A stretch of 63,822 nucleotides of DNA, counting the filler, from Saprolegnia diclina VS20 (lineage: Eukaryota): the NCBI RefSeq assembly GCF_000281045.1. It is 4 parts of 2 records of this genome, joined end to end, with 100 filler letters (N's around TTAATTAATTAA, not from the genome) between each part and the next. Parts side by side here need not be neighbours in the genome. Positions count along the whole stretch, not along the records: positions 54,383 to 63,822 come from NW_008246122.1; 3 more parts are not named here. The stretch is one strand, 5' to 3'. Made by a program: the position numbers and the translations under genes. The stretch's first letter is position 1. Each line of letters begins with the position of its first letter. Below are positions 57,754 to 63,822 of the stretch, piece after piece. The notes below the pieces were generated by a model. It saw nothing but the letters and a program-made list of their open reading frames with translations. It was not told the DNA's origin and did not search any database.

Positions 57754-58655
57754 CTCCACCCCAACTCGAGCAAACCAGGCGAACATTTTCACAATAGTTT
57801 AAACGGAGCGGTTTTTCTGTCGGATAATAGACACGGAGCATTGACTACCTTCACGACCGGGGGTTGTCCCATCTCTGCTACGGCTTCTTCAAGGAGCTCC
57901 GTGGGGTCCACGGCAATTTTTGGGCATCCACTGACAGAGTGTACTACTGCTGCACCCAACGCGCCGGTTCGTTGCCGAGTGCTCTCAACTCGGACTCTAG
58001 TTGCAGGCCATTCCATGGCGTCGGACGTGACTGCCAATGCCGGCAACGACGGGACCTCGACCGTCATGTGTACCACGGAGGCTCAGGTTTGTCAACGGTC
58101 CGAATATGCCGAATTTAGTTTCGCTTAAATGCGGCACTTGAAGCACCCATGCGCGTCGAAGCATTCGGAAGGCTCCCAATTGCACTCGACGACCTCTTGG
58201 CTTATCGCACCATTTACATAGCGATAGAGGGTATGCAGTCCATGTTTTCTGGGCGGCCTTTTGCTATTAGCGTCCCTCTGCTTCGGCTTGTTGAATTGTC
58301 CAGTGTGTTCCGCGGCTTGGAGGACTGTTCTTCTTACTTGTCGGAATCCTTTGCTGGGCCGGACAAAGAAGCGCCGTTCGTCTCTCCTAGGAGCCACCCG
58401 CTTGGCCCGTCCGGTCGGTCCGAGCGCTGCAATCGGTGCGACGGCGTCGTCCATGGCTGGCCTTCAACGCATGTCATTGGCATAGGTTCTTGGAGCAATC
58501 ACAGATCGCCGTCGATCCATGAGTGGCGATGCAAATGCCGAATTGAAGGTGCCGATTTTACCAAGTTGCCGGCTGGTGGGCGGGATCCTTGACACGGAAG
58601 CGTGTCTTTTCCGCGCGCGTGTGTATCGGCAGCCATTTCCGCTTTTTCTAGTCGC

Positions 58656-59805
58656 ATGGAGCTGCCGGCGTTTGAGCTCAGCACGTTCCGACGCTTCATC
58701 CGCAACCTCCGCGATTTGCCGCCGATCCTCGTCGTCCGCGACTACATTGGCCGCAACGCGTACGCGGTCGTGAGCAAGGGCGAGCTGCGCGACGACGCGG
58801 TCGCGCTCAAGCGCAGCTTCGCCAACGTCACGAGCCGCGAGCACTTGGTGCGTGAGACACACCTTCTCTCGGGGTACGACGGCCTTTCTACTTGAAAAAT
58901 GCGCGAACATACACTGTAGGCTCGAGCACCCGAGCATTGTGACGTGCCATGGCGCGACGTGGCGCGGCGGCGCCATGGACTCGGCGCGCAACGACCTCTG
59001 CTGCGTGCTCGAGTTTATGGAGGACGGCAACCTCGAAGACTACTTGCGTGCGCACCCGTCGCTCCCGTGGTTTCCCGTGAAGCTGCAATGGCTCTACGAC
59101 ATTGCACTCGGTACGACAATGGCATGCGCCACCAAGGTCGTGACGCAGCGCGGACATTAGGGCTTGCGTATCTGCATCGCGTGGGCTTCATCCACCACGA
59201 CCTTGAGCCGTGCAACGTGCTTTTGCGGGGCGACCATGCCAAGCTCTGCCAGTTTGGCCAGTGCCTCCACGCTTCTGAAGAATTCGACGAGGTCGCGACC
59301 ACTGCGACGTACGCTGCCCCTGAAATCGCCGTCGAGGTGCGCCCTTTCTCGATTTGTTTCGTATTTTCACCGATGTTTCCCGCCTTTTCCCCGATTTTAG
59401 AACTGCAATTTGCCCGAAAGCGACGTTTGGTCGTTTGGCGCACTTCTGGCAACCATGGACCGGCACATGGCGTCCTTTCTGCGCAACGACGAAAACGACG
59501 ACAATGACGCGAATGACGCGAATGACGCGACGATGTTGACGCTCAAGATGGCGCACGCACTCGCGGAGGAGCACATGACACCCGCGTTTGCCCATTTATG
59601 CCCGCCCGAAATCCTGTCGCTGGCGCGCGACTGCTTGCGCATGGACCCTTCCTGTCGCCCGACCGCCGACGAGCTCGTCGCTCGCATCGAGACGATCGCA
59701 GACGAGTACAACATGGTGTTGAAGCCTCTGCCCATGTCGGCAGTCGCCGAGAAGCGCGAAGCCGAGCTTCGCAAGGTGCTGCCACCGCGGCGACGACGCT
59801 ACTGA
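58656..59805 (+). CDS. TKL-like pseudokinase, multi-exon
   Basis: IGRNAYAVV..G...VALKR, LEHPSIV, VLEFMEDGNL, IHHDLEPCNVLL, KLCQFG, YAAPE, SDVWSFG, RPTA. HRD>HHD, catalytic-loop K>E and DFG>QFG. Confidence 0.8.
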
Positions 59806-60023
59806 CCGCGCCGGCTCTGGAAAGAGGTGGTGGACGTCTTGCCAAATGGCTTTGATCGTTTATAATAGTATTTTCTCGAGTTCCGATTCTTGTCTTGGCA
59901 CCAAGCGACGCATCGAATGAAGGCGGACATTCCTGTAGGGCTAGGGTTGAACCGGTTTGGAAAGGTTGTGCAAAACACACAGTGAGAATGCGTTTGGTAA
60001 CGCCACAAGATGTGGTTGCGTGA

Positions 60024-62343
60024 TTACAGATACTGCTCTAACAGTGTGCAGAGCTCCAGCGTCGTCGGGCGCTCGGAGGGTTCGAACGCCATGCAGCGCT
60101 GCGCCACTTCAAGGACCCATGACGGCGTCGTGTCCGAGCGCAGGCGTGGGCGGAGCGCGCCAAGCGTCACTTGCGTCATAATGTACTGCTGCGAGTAGGG
60201 GCGGTGTGTGCTTGGGTCGATGAGGTCAGCGTACGGCACCGCGTGCGTCGATAATTCGGTCAAAAAGACACCTAGCAGCGACATGTCTCAGAACCCTACC
60301 CCTGAAACAAACTACTGACCAAACGAGTACATGTCGGCCGAGACGCTGTAGTCGGTGCTCAGAATGACCTCGGGCGCCATCCACTGGTACGTGCCAATGC
60401 CGTTCGTGAGTGTGGACGCGTCGACTTGGCGCGAGCAGCCAAAATTCGTGAGCTTGGCGCCCCGGGTCGCGTCGAGCAGGACGTGCCGCGCTTGCAGATC
60501 CCGGTGGATAATGTCTTTTTCATGGAGACTGAGCAAGCCCCTTGCGACATGCACAAGATATTGCGTCTTGTGGGTCCACGCAAGACGCGGCTGCGTCATC
60601 AAGACGAGCTGCAGATCGCCTTGGTCCATGTACTCAATGACGCACTCCATGTCGATGGGCCGGCACCAGCTCACGCCATAGAGGCGCACCACGTAGTAGC
60701 TGTCTTGGACTCTATACCAGGATACACATATTAGACTATACCAAGAGACAACGGTCCCTACTGCGTCAGCAACTGTAGCTCGTGGACAAAGCGGTAGACG
60801 GTTTTGGGACTGCGATCGCGAAGACGCTTGATGACGACGGTCTCTCCTTGATAGTGGCCACGCCAGACGTCCACGTCGCTGCCGGTGGCCATCGGTGCGT
60901 CTCCGATGACAGCATACGCGCTCGACGCGATCTTGAATGGAGTTAACAGGGCAACGTCCAAGTCAACGCCTCGCTCGTCCATCGAGAGAGCCGACATCGA
61001 CGAGGACGACGGTCGGCGGACCACCGTTTTGTTGAGAATGTAAAACACTTGCGTCGGCTTCGGGTCTGCCTCGGCGGCGGGGGTCCGTCGCTCTCGCCGC
61101 CGCTTGCGACACCACCAAAAGAGAGCTGCAAGAAGAACGAGCGCGGCGGCCCCAAGACCGAGACCGAGTCCGAGTGCATAGCCTAGTTGAGCGCTGAGCT
61201 TTCTATCACAGGACGTGCGATATATACTGCCTGTGACGGCGGGCTCGTCGGGTAAATCTGCGTGTAGGACAAGTGTGAATATACTTCATCCCGAAGGCGA
61301 GTAGGACCTGTGATGCAGACGGGGATCGAGACATTCGCCGTGAGGTTGCGCATGCGGCCACCGATGCTGTCGCAGGCCCAGCGACTACCAGCATCGACGC
61401 GCGGAAGGGTCGTGGCGAAGAGTCCTTTGGCTGCGGTCGCATTGGCGGCGATGGAAAGTGCGTTTAAGGCGTCAAACGTCGCTGCAGGTGCCACGAATGA
61501 GTTTAAACTGCAGCCGTCAACGCCACTACGTCACACGCATCAACTCTCGAGCAGGCATCGCTTTAGAGTACAAGTAGACGAGCGGCTTGGAGAGGTTGAC
61601 GTAGTTGAAGGAGACGAGCCGGTTGCCGCTGAGATCGCTAACACCAAGGATGAGCTTCTTGCTGCGCATGTCGTTGAGGGTGTCCTACATGTACTTGATC
61701 GATGTCCAATCTTGGTTCTGGATGGCTTCAATGTCGTTGTACGAGACGTCTCTAGACTCAAGATGCTAATACCTCTGCAGCATCTACGGAGTAGAGTCGT
61801 CGTACAGTGCCATCAGGCCCGTCGGGAGGTTCTCGAGCTGCGTGAGCTCGTTGTCGGGTAGCGCGCTACATGGCCGCTTTAGTCCGCGAAGGTCGAGCGA
61901 GGGCACCTACAGCGAGAGGAGCTCGGACGGCAGCGGCGCTGGGATCGTCTTGAGGCCTGCGCTGCTTAGCCACCTACGCACGCACGGCGGGTCGCCAACG
62001 GTACAGAGATGCGATGGTGTACAGCGTGCCCAACGCGTCGGGCAGGCGCATGTACGTCGTGTTGAGCGGCGACGAGGTGTTGAGAATGTACCTATGCCAC
62101 ACTCTGCGGCGTACTTCGTGGAGAGGAAGGAGCGTACAGCGCATCGAACGGGTACAGCGTCATGTTGCCGATCGCGTCGATGCCGGTGGCCGTGCGCTGG
62201 CGGTCGTCGAGCGCCGAGCTGTTGACGAGCGCGCACGCCGGACTCACAAGACACATGGCCTGCCCGGCGCCGCAGTACGCATCGGCAACGAGGATGCGCG
62301 ACGCGTTCGAGAGGCCACTGTACGGACAGGGCGGCGCGGGCAT
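60024..62343 (-). CDS. LRR-transmembrane TKL receptor-like (pseudo)kinase, multi-exon
   Basis: Cys-rich N-cap CPY...ILVAD.YC...C.V..AC, LRR-like segments (LNNNELT, LSYNDIE, LSNNRLV), TM LGLGLGLGLGAAALVLLAALFWW, kinase VVIKR...IIHRDLQARHVLL...KLTNFG...WMAPEV. Start uncertain; no clear signal peptide at 62343. Confidence 0.8.
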
Positions 62344-62802
62344 GCGAGACAGCGGCGAACTGGGTATCGTCCCGCTAAGTTCGAGTGGGACAGATGGCGG
62401 CAGTGTGCGAGAAGAAGCAGATGCGTGAGGCCATCGACGTGCGCCAAGGCCGCCAAACGATGGTCCTAACACGGCGAGCAACACTGCTAACCAAGGTACT
62501 TGCTGAGCAACATCCCGCAGGCGTGACGTCGGCCATGGACAAGGCGACCGGTCGACAGTACGGAGCACCTTGCACGACGATGGTCGCCCGGTGGCGGTCG
62601 CCTTGGCGATCTGCAGAGCCCATCGGCTTGTGCCCACATATTGTACAGGCGGCGCTTGTGACAAGGCCATTGTGCAGGAAAAGAGCCATCTCGCGGATGG
62701 ATGGCCGTGGAGCCGCGCGATGTACTAAGTGGACGTCGTGTTCGTCTAGTTATACCTAATCCCGCGGCGATCTCTATAGCTACTTGGTCTGCATGCGTGC
62801 GT

Positions 62803-63366
62803 TTACTCGAGCTCGCCAACGCCGCCCATTTCAGCGATCTTGGCCAAAAGCTCGTCGGCTTCGGCCTTCTTGAGGTCCTTCTTGAGGACGGCGGGGACGC
62901 CCTCGACGAGCTCCTTCGCCTCCTTCAGGCCGAGGCCCGTGATGGCGCGCACTTCCTTGATGACCTTGATCTTGTTCTTGGCATCAAAGCTCACGAGCTT
63001 GACATCGAACGACGTCTTCTCCTCCTTGACTTCCTCGACAGCCGCCGCGCCGCCGCCGCCGCCGCCAGCCGCAAAGCCCATTTCGGGGATGTCAAACTTG
63101 GCCTACGACGCACAACAGTTAGCCGATATGCCCACACCGCGTTTGAGCAGATGGAGTACCTGGATGGCCATGGCGAGCTCGGCGATTTCAATCTTGGAGA
63201 GGTCCGCGATCGTGTCGAGGGCGACCTGAACGCGGGGCGTCAGGCCCGTGACCTCCTTGGAATCTTCGCTCGCTTCGACGAAGCGGGGCATGGAGGTCGA
63301 GATGGCGCGACGGCCGGCGGCGCGGCCAGCGACGGCGGTGGACGAACGGAGGACTCGGGCGAGCAT
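62803..63366 (-). CDS. MRPL12: Mitochondrial ribosomal protein bL12 (L7/L12); intron 63103-63159
   Basis: Arg/Ser/Ala-rich targeting peptide; EKTSFDVKL...[35 protein letters not shown]. Confidence 0.93.
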
Positions 63367-63822
63367 GGTCTCGAAATTGCACTGGCCAAGCGCGGTCCTC
63401 CCACAATTGATACCTCTCAAGGTACATCCCGTACATTCCCATACACGTACGTTCAAGAATGTACGGTACGGCTGCGTGTGTTGGAGCCATACATCTTGGC
63501 CAATCCAAGGCCGTCGTGGCACATCCGGATAGCCGACAACCGGCGTCCGCAGTCCACGATGGCGAACCGGATGATGCCAAAGCCGATCTCTCACCTTCGG
63601 CAGCGTCGATCTGAGGGCATTTTGAATCCAAAGCGGTGGCATGGCACCGTGCGGAGTCGCATTCAAACGGTCGGGGACCAGAATGCAGCCACTGTATGAA
63701 CTAAATACTGTTTCAAATGCAGCTCCGCAACACAAAATCTTGAAACTCTGTCTGCACGCATACACTGCCTCAACGACGAGCTATATGCAAGCAGCAACAA
63801 CTTGTGGTATTCAAGTGCACAC

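Noticed and set aside
1..63822. tRNA, rRNA or snRNA genes
   Set aside because: No cloverleaf or conserved rRNA/snRNA signatures seen by eye; tRNAscan-SE or Infernal would be needed to exclude them.

Overview
Eukaryotic, GC-rich DNA with many short (~40-55 nt) GT-AG introns. The gene content (GH17-ricin B fusions, FYVE-GAF, PX-RING, LRR-TKL kinase, oomycete Inr/FPR and CCAAT promoter motifs) points to an oomycete, most likely Saprolegniales (Saprolegnia-like). The window is not one contiguous locus: three 100-nt N-linkers carrying TTAATTAATTAA join four pieces (1-18309, 18410-38219, 38320-54282, 54383-63822), and there are further ordinary N gaps. Piece 1 holds three PX-RING paralogs, an intronless bacterial-looking SAM methyltransferase, a DIPP-type Nudix hydrolase, three secreted GH17+ricin-B genes, an internally deleted Mutator (MULE) element with a minisatellite and a 184-bp solo LTR in its SWIM finger, and a FAR1-like/Ulp1(Cys>Ser) gene. 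Piece 2 holds FPP synthase, SCAPER, VPS26C, UBXN7, a hypothetical gene, a divergent esterase D, two secreted RNase T2-fold proteins lacking both catalytic His, and a P-element-like transposase. Piece 3 holds a C-x4-C...CxxHGGG repeat protein, a FYVE-GAF-START-like gene, a giant (~2,200 aa) protein of 11 tandem NCS/calcineurin-B-like EF-hand modules, a bZIP with His at the invariant Asn, and a deleted hAT element. Piece 4 holds a CFPHCCP-motif gene with an 8-nt microexon, a CCDC53-like+BAR gene, two convergent pseudokinases and mitochondrial bL12. The best candidates for new biology are the 11-module EF-hand protein, the secreted pseudo-RNase T2 pair, the P-like transposase and the putative horizontally acquired methyltransferase. 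All family assignments are by motif recognition; no searches were run.
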